A DNA stretch of 64,000 nucleotides from Planctomycetota bacterium (GTDB lineage: Bacteria; Planctomycetota; UBA1135; UBA2386), in assembly GCA_965223545.1 (NCBI GenBank), contig OZ245006.1:2816001-2880000 (forward strand), written 5' to 3'. A model generated the notes under the pieces. The model was given only the letters and a program-made list of their open reading frames with translations. It was not told where the DNA came from and did no database searches. Positions 19,163 to 29,306 of the stretch are shown here, one piece after another. The position numbers were made by a program, and so were the translations under genes. The first letter of the stretch is position 1, and every line of letters starts with the position of its first letter.

Positions 19163-19341
19163 CGCCTCGGGAGCAGACAACGACGGCGAATGATAGCGCT
19201 CGCGAAGTGCCGGGCCGACCACTTCGCAGCGCCCACCGCATCGCCTCCTCGGGCTCCGTTGCCGTGCAACGGCTCAACCGGCCGGCGCCAGCGGGCACTG
19301 TTGCCGCCCGAGACTGCGCGTAGACTCCCGCCGGGCCCCCG

Positions 19342-20793
19342 ATGCAGTTCACGTCGCTGCAGTTTCTCGTCTTCTTCCCCAGCGTCGTCGCGGGGTATCT
19401 GGTCCTGCAGCGCTCTTGGCGCGCGCAGAACACTTGGCTGCTCGCGGCCAGTTACTACTTCTACATCGCCTTCTCGTGGAAGTTCAGCCTGCTGTTGCTG
19501 TTCAGCACGGCGGCGAACTACGTCTGCGGAGCGGCGATCCACCGCGCGACTTCGGTCGGCGTGCGCCGCGCATGGCTGTGGACATCGCTCGCGATCAACC
19601 TCGGCATCCTCGGCTTCTTCAAGTACTACAACTTCTTCGCCGCGAACCTGGAGGCGTTGCTCGGCCTGGTCGGCCTGAGCATGTCGTGGCACATCAAGAA
19701 CTTGATCCTGCCGTTGGGGATCTCGTTCTACACGTTCCAGGCCCTCAGCTATCCGATCGACATCTATCGGCGCCGCCTCGAGCCCGTGCGGTCGTTCCCG
19801 CAGTTCGCGCTGTTCATCGCGTTCTTTCCGCAGCTGGTGTCGGGCCCCATCGAGCGGGCGACCAATCTGCTGCCGCAGATCGCCGCCCCGCGCTCGGTCA
19901 CCGTGCAGAAGTTCGCCGGGGGCGTGTGGCTGGTGGTGCTGGGAATCTACAAGAAGGTCGTCGTCTCCGAGGGACTGGGCCGCTACGCGCACGGCATCTT
20001 CGATCCTGCCGACACCTATGCCGGACTCGACGTCCTGCTGGCGTGCGGTTTGTTCTCGATCAAGATCTACGCCGACTTCGCCGGCTACACCGACGTCGCC
20101 CGCGGCTGCGCGCGCATGCTCGGCTTCGAGCTGATCCAGAACTTCCGCGCCCCGTACTTCGCCCCCAACATCCAGGACTTCTGGAGCCGATGGCACCTGA
20201 GCCTGACCAACTGGATCAAGGACTACATGTTCTATCCGATGGCGCTGAGCCGCCGCTGGGCCAAGCTGCTTGGACCGGGAGGCATCTCGATGGTGATCAT
20301 GATCGTCATCGGCTTCTGGCACGGCGCGTCCTGGAACTTCCTGCTGTGGGGCGCCTACCACGGCGCCCTGATCCACGCGTACACGCTGCTGCGCCCCCAC
20401 CTGTACCGGCGCACGCAGTTCCAAGCGGCTTGGGCGCGGCGGCTGTGGTTCTGCGTCCGCGTCGCGTTCACGTTTTGGCTGGTCGCGATCGCGGAGGTCT
20501 TGTTCTACGGCAGAGACTTCGAGCACGCCTGGCACTTGTTCCGCGACATCTTCGCCAATCCGGTGGCCAGCGACGCCACCGCCGGGATCGCCCTCCAGGC
20601 GCTCGTCCTGCTGGCGATCCCGGTGCTGCTCGACCTCGACGACTACCACAACCAACCCGCCGGGCCACCGCTCAGCACTTGGCGGCCCTTTTGGCGCTTC
20701 GTGGTGCGCGTCGGAATCGTGGTCGCGACGGCCGACGTCCTGCTGTCGACCACTCCGGTCCTGGTGAATCCGTATGTCTACGCCCAGTTCTGA
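19342..20793 (+). CDS. MBOAT family acyltransferase (DltB/AlgI-like), second copy
   Basis: LPLGISFYTFQALSY, FPQLVSGPIER, IYADFAGYTD, FWSRWHLSLTNW, GFWHGA, YVYAQF. Confidence 0.95.
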   Translation: MQFTSLQFLVFFPSVVAGYLVLQRSWRAQNTWLLAASYYFYIAFSWKFSLLLLFSTAANYVCGAAIHRATSVGVRRAWLWTSLAINLGILGFFKYYNFFAANLEALLGLVGLSMSWHIKNLILPLGISFYTFQALSYPIDIYRRRLEPVRSFPQFALFIAFFPQLVSGPIERATNLLPQIAAPRSVTVQKFAGGVWLVVLGIYKKVVVSEGLGRYAHGIFDPADTYAGLDVLLACGLFSIKIYADFAGYTDVARGCARMLGFELIQNFRAPYFAPNIQDFWSRWHLSLTNWIKDYMFYPMALSRRWAKLLGPGGISMVIMIVIGFWHGASWNFLLWGAYHGALIHAYTLLRPHLYRRTQFQAAWARRLWFCVRVAFTFWLVAIAEVLFYGRDFEHAWHLFRDIFANPVASDATAGIALQALVLLAIPVLLDLDDYHNQPAGPPLSTWRPFWRFVVRVGIVVATADVLLSTTPVLVNPYVYAQF

Positions 20794-20815
20794 CTGCCTC
20801 GCCGGGCCGCGGCGC

Positions 20816-22102
20816 GTGGTGCTCATCACCGTCGCCATGGCGCTGCTGGCGACCATCGTCGCCCTGGCGCGGGGCCCCGCCGGCGGCGCGTTCGGCGCCG
20901 CGGTCGGTGTGCTGGGTCCCTGGCTCATCGCCGGCTGCCTCGCCCTGTACGGTGTGCTCAGGTGGGGCCTCGCGCCGCGCTTGCAGCGCGCACCGAGCGC
21001 CGCCGAGACAACCCACCAGCTGTGGCTCGCGGGCCGCAACGCGGCCCTCGTGCTCGTCAGCGCTGCTGCCGTATTGGAGACTTGGGAACGGGGGGCGGGC
21101 GACGGGGTGAAGCAGGAAACGTGGATGCTGAGTGGGCCGCCGCTCGGCGGTCCGCACGCATTTCGATTCGACGACGAGCTGGGCTGGGTCGGGCAGCCGC
21201 ACCGCACCACGCACCTACGCACCGGCGACGCGGTGATCTCGTCGACGACGAATGCACACGGCTTCTTCGACATCGACCAAGACATCGACCTCGACGGGCC
21301 ACCGCGCCTGGTGGTGGTCGGCGACTCGTTCGGCCGCGGCTGGGGCGTGCCGATGGAAGAGGCGCTGACGGCGCGCATCCGGGCGGCTCTGCCGCAGTAT
21401 CAGATCGTCTGCCAAGCGGTCGCGGGCTACCGGCTCGACCAGATCGGCCTGGCCTACACGCGCTTCGCCCGGCCGCTGGCACCGCACGCCGTCGTGCTGG
21501 CGGTGATCGCAAGCACCAGCGAGCGCGAGAGCCGTCCGGTGCAGGGGCATGCACGGCCATGGTGCGTTCTTCGCGACGGCGAGCTCTACTGGTACCGCGG
21601 CCCGATTCCCGCGCTCCCCGACGCTCCGGAGGCCCGCATCCGCTACGCCGCGCGCCAGGAGCACGCCGCCGTGGTCTCGGCCGGCGATGCCTGGCACGCT
21701 CTCCTCGCCTGGGTCACACGGCACACCGCGCTGGGCAGTCGCACCCAGCGCGCCCTGCAGTTCCGTTTCGATTCCATCGACCGCCGGGCAGCGCTGGACC
21801 CAGTCACCACCGCCCTGGTCGCCCACCTCGACGCGCAGGTGCGCGCCGACGGCGGCCGGCTGCTCGTCGCGGTCGCGCCACCGTCGTGGGCCACTAGGGC
21901 CAAGTGGGCGACCAACAACATCACCCGCTGGTGCGACGACCTCCGCGCCGCGGCGGGCGCGGAGGTGCTCGACCTCACGCCGGCTCTGGTGCTAGAAGAG
22001 GGCGCCCTCTACACCGAAGGCGCCAACGCCCACCCCAACGCCGCCGGGCACGCCGCCGCAGCGGCAGCGATCGTGCGCGCCCTCGAGACCCGCCAAGACT
22101 GA
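20816..22102 (+). CDS. Membrane SGNH-family protein
   Basis: N-terminal TM helices, DDELGW, TNAHGF, VVVGDSFGRG, C-terminal NAHPNAAGH. Start approximate. Confidence 0.8.
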   Translation: MVLITVAMALLATIVALARGPAGGAFGAAVGVLGPWLIAGCLALYGVLRWGLAPRLQRAPSAAETTHQLWLAGRNAALVLVSAAAVLETWERGAGDGVKQETWMLSGPPLGGPHAFRFDDELGWVGQPHRTTHLRTGDAVISSTTNAHGFFDIDQDIDLDGPPRLVVVGDSFGRGWGVPMEEALTARIRAALPQYQIVCQAVAGYRLDQIGLAYTRFARPLAPHAVVLAVIASTSERESRPVQGHARPWCVLRDGELYWYRGPIPALPDAPEARIRYAARQEHAAVVSAGDAWHALLAWVTRHTALGSRTQRALQFRFDSIDRRAALDPVTTALVAHLDAQVRADGGRLLVAVAPPSWATRAKWATNNITRWCDDLRAAAGAEVLDLTPALVLEEGALYTEGANAHPNAAGHAAAAAAIVRALETRQD

Positions 22103-22103
22103 C

Positions 22104-22352
22104 ATGGACCTGCAGCAAGAGATCATTGCGCTCATCAACCGCGTCGTCCGCGACAGCACCGGTCGCGAAGTCGACGTCCAGCCGGACGACCGCATCATCG
22201 AGACCGGGCTCTTGGACTCGCTGAGCATGGTCAACCTCGTCATGGCCCTGCAGGCGGAAATGCAGGTCGACCTCGACATCAACGACATGAACGAGACCAC
22301 CTTCGGCTCGCCCGTGGCGATTGCCGCGCTGGTCGCCGAACGGCGCGGGTAA
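22104..22352 (+). CDS. Acyl/aminoacyl carrier protein (DltC-like)
   Basis: 82 aa, acidic, GLLDSLSMVNLV phosphopantetheine-attachment motif. Confidence 0.9.
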   Translation: MDLQQEIIALINRVVRDSTGREVDVQPDDRIIETGLLDSLSMVNLVMALQAEMQVDLDINDMNETTFGSPVAIAALVAERRG

Positions 22353-22354
22353 GC

Positions 22355-23455
22355 TCAGAAGTACGACTGCAGCACGCCGCGCCGCCGGATGTCGACGGTG
22401 GCGCAGTGGAAGCTGCCGCCGAACTTGTAGTTGTTGCGGAACGGGCACGGCACGGGCTCGAACCCCCACGCGCTGAGCATGTCCATCGTCGGGCCTTCTT
22501 CGGCCTCGACGACGACGCGCCGCTCGTCGAGGTTGAGCATGTTCATCGACAGCCAGCGGAACGAGTGATACCAGGGGTGGTCCTCGGCCATGGTCGAACG
22601 CGGCGCCGGCCGCAGCTCCCAATCACCCTTGCGCAGCACGTCGGGCACTTCGCGCAGCGGCCGGTCGGGGTTGACGAGGATCTTGCCCGGGCACAGCGGC
22701 ACGAACGTCGCGTCGATGTGGATCGCGCGGTAGTCGTCGAACTCGACCCGGTGGAAGGCAAACGTGTCCCCGTACTGCCGCCGCAGCCAATCGATGCCGA
22801 AGTCATTGGTGACGTGGCTGCGCTGGATGAAGATGTCGCGGCCGCAGCGCGCCATGTCGGCGGCGTCGAACATCGGCTCGAACTCGGTGAGCACCGACGC
22901 ATCCGCCCCGCGCTGCGAGCGATAGGCCGGGCCCGACATCTCCGGCTTGGGCGCCGCCGTCCACCGCGCGCCCTGGCGGAAGTAGTCCTTCAGCAGCTTG
23001 CGGTAGGCGAACACCTCGAAGTAGCGCGACCGCCAAGCCATCGGCGCCTCGAGGATCTCGTTGCCGAGCACGATCAGCACGTCGCGCGGATCCGCCTGGC
23101 AGTTGCCACCGGGCACCGTCCAGTGCGGCGTGACGATCGGCCGGTCGTGCGCCATCGGCTGCGGCCGGCGCACCGTGACGCCGGCACCCTCGAGAATCGA
23201 GACGAACTGATCGAGCTCGCGCTGCGCGGCCGCGCAGTAGATCGCCTCGATCCGCTGGCCGCCGTGCGTCAGGTGGTAGGTACGCGAGCGCTCGAGGTGC
23301 TCAGTCGCGGTCACCGCCTCCAGGGCGGCGTCCCACGGCAGCGCCACGGCGCCGTCGAGAACGCCGACGATGATCTCCTCGAGCGGATCCCATTCGTTCC
23401 AAGAGTTGACGACCGGGAGCCGGGTCTCGCCATCCGCGCGCGCAGGTTCTGACAT
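22355..23455 (-). CDS. Amidinotransferase (glycine/inosamine-phosphate amidinotransferase family)
   Basis: VNSWNEWDPLEEIIVG, PRD, MAWRSRYFE, FDAAD (Asp), IHIDATF (His), GGSFHCATVDIRRRGVLQSYF (Cys). Confidence 0.93.
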   Translation of the reverse strand: MSEPARADGETRLPVVNSWNEWDPLEEIIVGVLDGAVALPWDAALEAVTATEHLERSRTYHLTHGGQRIEAIYCAAAQRELDQFVSILEGAGVTVRRPQPMAHDRPIVTPHWTVPGGNCQADPRDVLIVLGNEILEAPMAWRSRYFEVFAYRKLLKDYFRQGARWTAAPKPEMSGPAYRSQRGADASVLTEFEPMFDAADMARCGRDIFIQRSHVTNDFGIDWLRRQYGDTFAFHRVEFDDYRAIHIDATFVPLCPGKILVNPDRPLREVPDVLRKGDWELRPAPRSTMAEDHPWYHSFRWLSMNMLNLDERRVVVEAEEGPTMDMLSAWGFEPVPCPFRNNYKFGGSFHCATVDIRRRGVLQSYF

Positions 23456-23489
23456 CGGCTACCAGTGTGCGCCCTGCGCCCGCCCGCGA

Positions 23490-25022
23490 TCAACTCGGCA
23501 GGAAGCGGCGCACGGCTTCCAGGGTGTCGGCCTCAGCCGCAGTCTTGTCCGGCCGGTAGCGCCGCACGCGGGCGAAGCGCAGCGCCACGCCCCCCGGATA
23601 CTGGGGGCTGTGTTGGACACCGTCGAAGGCGATCTCGACGACCAGCTCCGGCCGCACGCGCACCACGTGGCCCTCGATGCCGATGGCCCGCTCCTGCAGG
23701 GCGTCCGTCTGCCACCGGAGCAGCGCATCGGTCATGCCCTTGAAGGTCTTGCCCAGCATCACGAAACCGCCATCGGGGTCGCGCGCGCCGAGGTGCAGGT
23801 TGGACAGCCAACCGCGCCGCCGGCCCGAGCCCCACTCCGCCGCCAGAACGACGAGGTCGAGGGTGTGCACCGGCTTGATCTTGCGCCACGACGCCCCTCG
23901 CCGGCCGGCTTCGTACGGAGCGTCGAGCGCCTTGGCCACGACGCCTTCGAAGCCCGTCGCCAACACCTCTTCGAGGAACGCATCGGCCGCCGGCGGCGCG
24001 TCGGTCTCGAGGCGAGGCACGGCTTGCGGAGCCGACACCACGCGGCGCAGCCCCGCCGCGCGCTCGACCGCCGGCAGATCGAGCCAGTCCTCGCCATCGA
24101 GGTGCAGACAGTCGAAGAAAAACGCGCGCAGCGGCAGCGCCGCGCGGTCGGCGGCCGCCGCTTCGCCACGGCCGAAGCGCCGCATCGTCACCTGGAACGG
24201 CAGCGGCCGGTCGTCGGCGCTCCAGGCCAAGACCTCGCCGTCGAGCACGACGGCGCGCGCAGGCAGCGCGCGCACGGTCTCGACCAGCTCCGGCACCGAG
24301 GCCGTGACGTCGCGCAGCCGGCGCGAGAACACCGCGACCCGATCGCCGTCGCGGTGCACCTGAACGCGGGCACCGTCGAGCTTGGCCTCGAAGCCGGCGC
24401 GGCCGAAGGCGTCCAGCACCTCGGAACTGTCCGCGGCCGACTGTGCCAGCATCGGCTGCAACGGCCGCATCAGTTGGAGCCCCAACCCCGCAACCGCCTG
24501 CGCGCCACCGCGGGCGGCGACGGCGGCGACCCCGGCGAGATCGCCGCGCAGCATGGCGGCGCGACGCACCACCGCCACGGGGATCTCGTAGGCGCGCGCG
24601 ACGGCGTCGGCCATGACGCCCTCCAGAGCGCCCTGGCGTAGGGCGCCGGCAAGCAGTCGCACCAGGAAGTCGACCTCGGCGGCCGTGGCCCGCGCCAGGA
24701 GCGCCGCCAACGTCGTCTCGCGGCGGGCGCGCGCGCCCGTGCCGTGCTCGACGGCGATGGTGACCAGCGCGCGCTCGACTTCGGCGACAGTGAGCGTCGA
24801 ATCTGGACATGAAGGCACGTCGCGCGCGACGGTCGCGATCCGCTGGCCACCGAGGCCGAGGGCTCCTTGCAAGGTGCGACCGCTCAACCACGCGACCACG
24901 GTCTCGACCTCGTCCGGGGCGGCCGCGCGCAGCGCGGCCGCGAGCGCGTCAGTCTTCGCCTGCCGGGCCCGCGTCGCGGCGACGGCACAGGCGGCATCCA
25001 CGAGCGCTGCCAGCGTCAGCAC
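23490..25022 (-). CDS. ATP-dependent DNA ligase (LigB-like)
   Basis: PMLAQ, EAKLDGARVQ (KxDG), VLDGE, FFDCL, EGVVAK, WRKIK, ALRFARVRRYRPDK. Confidence 0.95.
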   Translation of the reverse strand: MLTLAALVDAACAVAATRARQAKTDALAAALRAAAPDEVETVVAWLSGRTLQGALGLGGQRIATVARDVPSCPDSTLTVAEVERALVTIAVEHGTGARARRETTLAALLARATAAEVDFLVRLLAGALRQGALEGVMADAVARAYEIPVAVVRRAAMLRGDLAGVAAVAARGGAQAVAGLGLQLMRPLQPMLAQSAADSSEVLDAFGRAGFEAKLDGARVQVHRDGDRVAVFSRRLRDVTASVPELVETVRALPARAVVLDGEVLAWSADDRPLPFQVTMRRFGRGEAAAADRAALPLRAFFFDCLHLDGEDWLDLPAVERAAGLRRVVSAPQAVPRLETDAPPAADAFLEEVLATGFEGVVAKALDAPYEAGRRGASWRKIKPVHTLDLVVLAAEWGSGRRRGWLSNLHLGARDPDGGFVMLGKTFKGMTDALLRWQTDALQERAIGIEGHVVRVRPELVVEIAFDGVQHSPQYPGGVALRFARVRRYRPDKTAAEADTLEAVRRFLPS

Positions 25023-25149
25023 AATTGTGAGATCCTAAGTCGCGCGCCCGGGGCTGGGGACCCCTGCAGGTCATCCGTGCATGACAAACTCTGGTGTAGC
25101 CGTTGCCAACAAGCTGCAGAAGACCTGCGAGACCACGGCCTCCGGCGAC

Positions 25150-25302
25150 TCAATCCCTATCAGGCGGACGCTCAGACTCGAGACGTTCCAACCAGCGCTT
25201 CGAGTTCAGCGTGTCGGGATGCTCCTCGCCGAGGATGCGCCGACACGCGTCGAGCTCCTGTTCTTCGAGCGTGCGCGCGCCGTCGGCGCTGCCGAGAAGC
25301 AC
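25150..25302 (-). pseudogene. C-terminal remnant of a kinesin-light-chain-type TPR protein
   Basis: ADGARTLEEQELDACRRILGEEHPDTLNSKRWL is one typical TPR_10/12 repeat (LGxEHPDTL); no convincing upstream gene body. Confidence 0.6.
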
Positions 25303-25468
25303 AGCGGAGGCGTAGGAACGTCCTGCTGCGGCGGCGCCGGTTACATCGTACCGCTGACGACGTCGCGGCCGCCAGTGCCCGGTCGCAGAGTCCGACGCAC
25401 ACGACTCTGCTGCCGGCTCGGTCATCACAGGCTTCTCTGACCGCATCGCCATGTGCATTCTGGTCGTG

Positions 25469-28135
25469 ATGCAGCCCAACTCCGAAGCCGCCGTGGCCCG
25501 CGATGCCGAAACTCCTCGACCCGCTTCGCCGGCAATGGGTGTGGCCGGCAACCCCTCGCCAGGGCCCACTCCTGCCGGAGACGAGGCCAAGGTCCACGTC
25601 GTAGCGCTGCTGAAGACTGGCAAGACCGCGGTTCCCAGCGACCTGCTCACCGATCTGCTGTGTCGCCTGCACGGCGAGGCCGGGTTCGTGATCCTGCGCG
25701 CGGCGGCCGAAGCCACGCAGCGGCGCATGCAGATCGCGGCCCGCGAGAAGCTCCGCGTTCGGGAGCGACCTGCAGGGGGAATGCTCGGCGATTATCGGAC
25801 GGCGCGGCCCCGTCAGGCGCCGCGCCCCTACACGACGCGGCTCTATCGACTCGATCCGCTCGAGGCGAGCTGCGACTGCCCGGACTTTCGCGGCAACTCG
25901 CTCGGGCTCTGCAAGCACGTGCTCGCCGTCTTGGCTGATCTGGGCAAGCGCAGGCGGGCGTTTGCCCGAGCCCGGGTGGAGGTGTTGGCCGAGAGAACGA
26001 AGCCGGAGCTGCGGTGGTCGCCATGCAAGCCGTTGACCGGAGCCGGCGACTGGATGATGCAGATCGAGTTGCTCTGGCCGAAGCGAGGCCGAAAGCCGGC
26101 AGCACGGTGGCGAGAGCTGAGGCTGGAGTTCGACGGCGGCAGCGACGGTGGTACCATGCGGTTGCGCAACGCGCACGCAAGAGACGTCCGCTTGCGAGCC
26201 GAGCTGATTCGTCGGTTGCGTTCGTGTGGCGACGACCCGGCGCTGCGCGGGTGGCTGCGCGACGAGCAGGAGCGCTTGGCGACGGCGGTCGAGTTGTTGC
26301 CGCTGTCTCGTCTCACGGCGCGACCGCGTGGCTTCCGTCGCAAGCTCTATCCGTACCAGCGGGAAGGTGTCCTGCGGTTCCTCGCGACCGGACGTCTCTT
26401 GCTCGGCGATGACATGGGGCTCGGCAAGACGACGCAGGCGATCGCCGCCTGTCACGCCCTGGTCAACCATGGAGTTGTCCGCCGCGGGCTGCTCATCGTG
26501 CCCGCGCCTCTCAAGCAGCAGTGGCTGCGCGAGTGGAATGCGTGTTGCGATCTACCGATCGAGGTCGTCGACGGAACACCCGAGGCCCGTGCCGACTGCT
26601 ACCGCCGCACGAAGCAGGGCTTCCTCGTCGTCAACTACGAGCAGGTCTTGCGAGACCTCGAGCTTGCCAAGCAATGGCAGCCGGACATCGTGCTCCTCGA
26701 CGAAGCACAGCGGATCAAGAACTGGCAGACGAAGACCGCCGCGACGATCAAGCAGCTCGACGCGCCATTTCGGCTGGTGCTGACGGGGACGCCGTTCGAG
26801 AACCGACTGAGCGAGCTCGACTCGATCCTCGAGTGGCTCGACCGCCGCCCGCTGCAACCGATTTGGCGGTTGATGCCGTATCACGAGATGCAGAACGGCA
26901 AGGGGCTCCGTCACCTCAACGTCCTCCGCGAACGATTGGCTCCCGTGCTCGTGCGACGTCGGCGCCAGGAGGTGCTCTCCCAGCTGCCCGGACGCACCGA
27001 CACGTGTATCGACGTGCCGCTCACCGACGAGCAGCGGGACGAGCACGACGAGCGCACCCAGCCGATCGTCAGGCTCCTCCAGATCTGCGATCGCCGGCCA
27101 CTGACGCGCGCCGAGTTCCTCCGGTTGATGATGTTGTTCACCGAGCAGCGGGTGCTGGCCAATGGCATGGCGCAGTTCGAGTTCGAGGAGGTGTGGCCCG
27201 GCATCGAGAAGGCGCGTCCGACGCGTGCTCTGCTGAACAGCCTGGCGATGCCCAAGCTCACCGAGCTGCGTGCGCTGTTGCACGAGATCGTCGTCGAGCA
27301 GGAGCGAAAGGTGGTCGTCTTCAGCGCATGGCGACGGGCATTGCGGCTGGCGGACTGGGCTGTCGCCGCGCCGTTGCGGCAACACGGCGTACGCAGCGCA
27401 TTCTTCACCGGCGCCGAATCCCAGCGGCGCCGCGACGAGAGCATCGTCGCATTTCACGACGACCCCGCGACGCGCATCCTCTTCGCCACGGATGCTGGCG
27501 GCGTCGGTCTCAATCTTCAGCGCGCGGCGTCGTGCTGCGTGCACTTCGACCTGCCGTGGAATCCGGCGGTGTTCGAGCAGCGCGTCGGTCGGGTCTGGCG
27601 GCTCGGGCAGACCGAGAAGGTCGACGTCTACTCGCTGGTGGGCGAACGCTGTATCGAGACACGCATGGCGGGCGCGTTGCAGACCAAGCAGGCGACGTTC
27701 TCGGCCGTGTTCGACGGGGACACCGACGAAGTTCGGTTCGAGGAGCAGGGCGGCTTCCTGCGCGCAGCCCGCAAGCTCGTAACGGACGATGGGGTCGCGG
27801 CGGACGCGGGAAGCGATGATCTTGGCGTAGACCGCGTGGGACAGACAACCCCTGCTGACGGGTCCGCAGAGCGTTTCCCGCAGGAGCGTCAGAAGCATGA
27901 TGCTCGCCCCGACAAGGAAGCAGAGGCAGGAGCACACCATGAGGGGCGGCGCGAGCCCAGCCCGGAGCCAACCGTGGTTCGCAGCTTGCTCGCGGGCCTC
28001 AGCGTGCAGCCCCGGTCCGACGGCGGTTTGGTCATCGAGGCCGATTGCGAGTCCGCGGCAGTGCTGGCCCAGGTGTTGCGCAGTCTCGCGGGAGCGATCG
28101 AAGGGGCTGCGCCGGATCGGGTGCCCGGCGCATGA
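25469..28135 (+). CDS. SWIM zinc-finger SNF2-family helicase
   Basis: SCDCPDF...LCKH (SWIM); LYPYQREG, DDMGLGKT, LDEAQRIKN, LTGTPFEN, TDAGGVGLNLQ, WNPAVFEQRVGRVWRLGQ. Confidence 0.93.
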   Translation: MQPNSEAAVARDAETPRPASPAMGVAGNPSPGPTPAGDEAKVHVVALLKTGKTAVPSDLLTDLLCRLHGEAGFVILRAAAEATQRRMQIAAREKLRVRERPAGGMLGDYRTARPRQAPRPYTTRLYRLDPLEASCDCPDFRGNSLGLCKHVLAVLADLGKRRRAFARARVEVLAERTKPELRWSPCKPLTGAGDWMMQIELLWPKRGRKPAARWRELRLEFDGGSDGGTMRLRNAHARDVRLRAELIRRLRSCGDDPALRGWLRDEQERLATAVELLPLSRLTARPRGFRRKLYPYQREGVLRFLATGRLLLGDDMGLGKTTQAIAACHALVNHGVVRRGLLIVPAPLKQQWLREWNACCDLPIEVVDGTPEARADCYRRTKQGFLVVNYEQVLRDLELAKQWQPDIVLLDEAQRIKNWQTKTAATIKQLDAPFRLVLTGTPFENRLSELDSILEWLDRRPLQPIWRLMPYHEMQNGKGLRHLNVLRERLAPVLVRRRRQEVLSQLPGRTDTCIDVPLTDEQRDEHDERTQPIVRLLQICDRRPLTRAEFLRLMMLFTEQRVLANGMAQFEFEEVWPGIEKARPTRALLNSLAMPKLTELRALLHEIVVEQERKVVVFSAWRRALRLADWAVAAPLRQHGVRSAFFTGAESQRRRDESIVAFHDDPATRILFATDAGGVGLNLQRAASCCVHFDLPWNPAVFEQRVGRVWRLGQTEKVDVYSLVGERCIETRMAGALQTKQATFSAVFDGDTDEVRFEEQGGFLRAARKLVTDDGVAADAGSDDLGVDRVGQTTPADGSAERFPQERQKHDARPDKEAEAGAHHEGRREPSPEPTVVRSLLAGLSVQPRSDGGLVIEADCESAAVLAQVLRSLAGAIEGAAPDRVPGA

Positions 28136-28142
28136 GCACGAG

Positions 28143-29132
28143 CTACGGGCAGGTCAGCGTCACCACCGGCGTGCTCATCAGCGAGGGGAACGCCGCCGGG
28201 TCATGCAGCAACTGCTGGAAGTGGACCGAGCCCCGTGCGGTCGGCGGCACGGGCAGGTCGAGCACGATCTCGCCATTGCCATCCGACCGGCCCGGCAGCG
28301 CGACCAGCGGCACGACGTTGTAGGTGCACAGCCCGCCGGGCAGCGACACCGGGGACTGCGCCACGCCGATGCCGGTCACCACCGGCGCGTTGGGCCGCAA
28401 CAGCGTGCCGGTCAAGCGCAGGCTGCCTGCGTAGGTCATCTCGCCGCGCAGCATCGGCACCAGCGCGAACGCGCAGCCGCCCTGTCCACCGGTCACCGTA
28501 CATCGCGACTGCGGCGTGACGTCGATCTGCACGTTCGAGAACGCCTGGGTGCGCTGCCCGCCCGTGAGCGGGTAGCGCACGGCGTTGTCGGTGTGGATGC
28601 GCACGGCCAAGCCGGCGGCGGTGAGCACCACCGGCACCGACACGGTGCTCTGCGCGCCGAAGCCCGCGACGAGCTCGAAGCTGCCATCGTCGCCGACGTC
28701 GATCCGCACCAGATGGCGCGCGGTCGCCTGGTTGAGGGCGCTCGCGGAGTGCCGCAGCACCACCGTCGCCGCGGCCGGGGCATTCGCGAAGAGGGTCAGC
28801 AACGTCGTGTGCGGACCGACACTCGCTTGCAGACCCGGAGTCGCGACGTTGCTGGACTCGGTGATCTGCAGCGAGGTTCCGACCGCGGCGTCGTGGCGGA
28901 AGGCGAACGACGAGACCGCGCCGCCGAGGCCCTGGGCCGCCGGCGCGGCGACCGAGAGCCGCGTCGTCTGCGGCGTCAGGTCGGTGCCGGCGGGCAGCGT
29001 GGCGGTGGCGCCGCCGGCGTTGGTGACCAAGGGAGTGGCGGCCACGTAGCGGACCGAGCTCACCTGGGCGGCGGCCGGTGCGGCGACGATCAGGGCGGCG
29101 GCGAGAGTCGTGGACGGAACGAGAGTGTGCAT
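28143..29132 (-). CDS. Secreted hypothetical protein with shared C-terminal domain
   Basis: Signal peptide ending AAA-Q; ends GQGGC...LPVP...VHFQQLLHD...STPVVTLTCP. Confidence 0.75.
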   Translation of the reverse strand: MHTLVPSTTLAAALIVAAPAAAQVSSVRYVAATPLVTNAGGATATLPAGTDLTPQTTRLSVAAPAAQGLGGAVSSFAFRHDAAVGTSLQITESSNVATPGLQASVGPHTTLLTLFANAPAAATVVLRHSASALNQATARHLVRIDVGDDGSFELVAGFGAQSTVSVPVVLTAAGLAVRIHTDNAVRYPLTGGQRTQAFSNVQIDVTPQSRCTVTGGQGGCAFALVPMLRGEMTYAGSLRLTGTLLRPNAPVVTGIGVAQSPVSLPGGLCTYNVVPLVALPGRSDGNGEIVLDLPVPPTARGSVHFQQLLHDPAAFPSLMSTPVVTLTCP

Positions 29133-29306
29133 GGCGCCTCGCGGGTCGTGGGTAGGGACGCGGGGGTGGGTTGCGCCGCGCTGCAGCGCACACGGTGGTA
29201 TCGCAGAAAGGGGCTCGACGGTGCCGAGGCCGGGAGAAACACAGCAGCCGGCGCAGTGGCGCGGCCGGGTCATTCAAGAGAGGCCATGGCGTAGGATGCG
29301 GGCGAT

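Noticed and set aside
15660..21378. Very long ORFs 15660-18476 (+) and 18799-21378 (-)
   Set aside because: Antisense shadows of the MBOAT/SGNH genes; long stop-free frames are expected at this GC content.
23490..25022. NHEJ or phage-type ligase module
   Set aside because: No Ku, LigD polymerase/phosphoesterase domains or phage genes nearby; looks like a stand-alone LigB.
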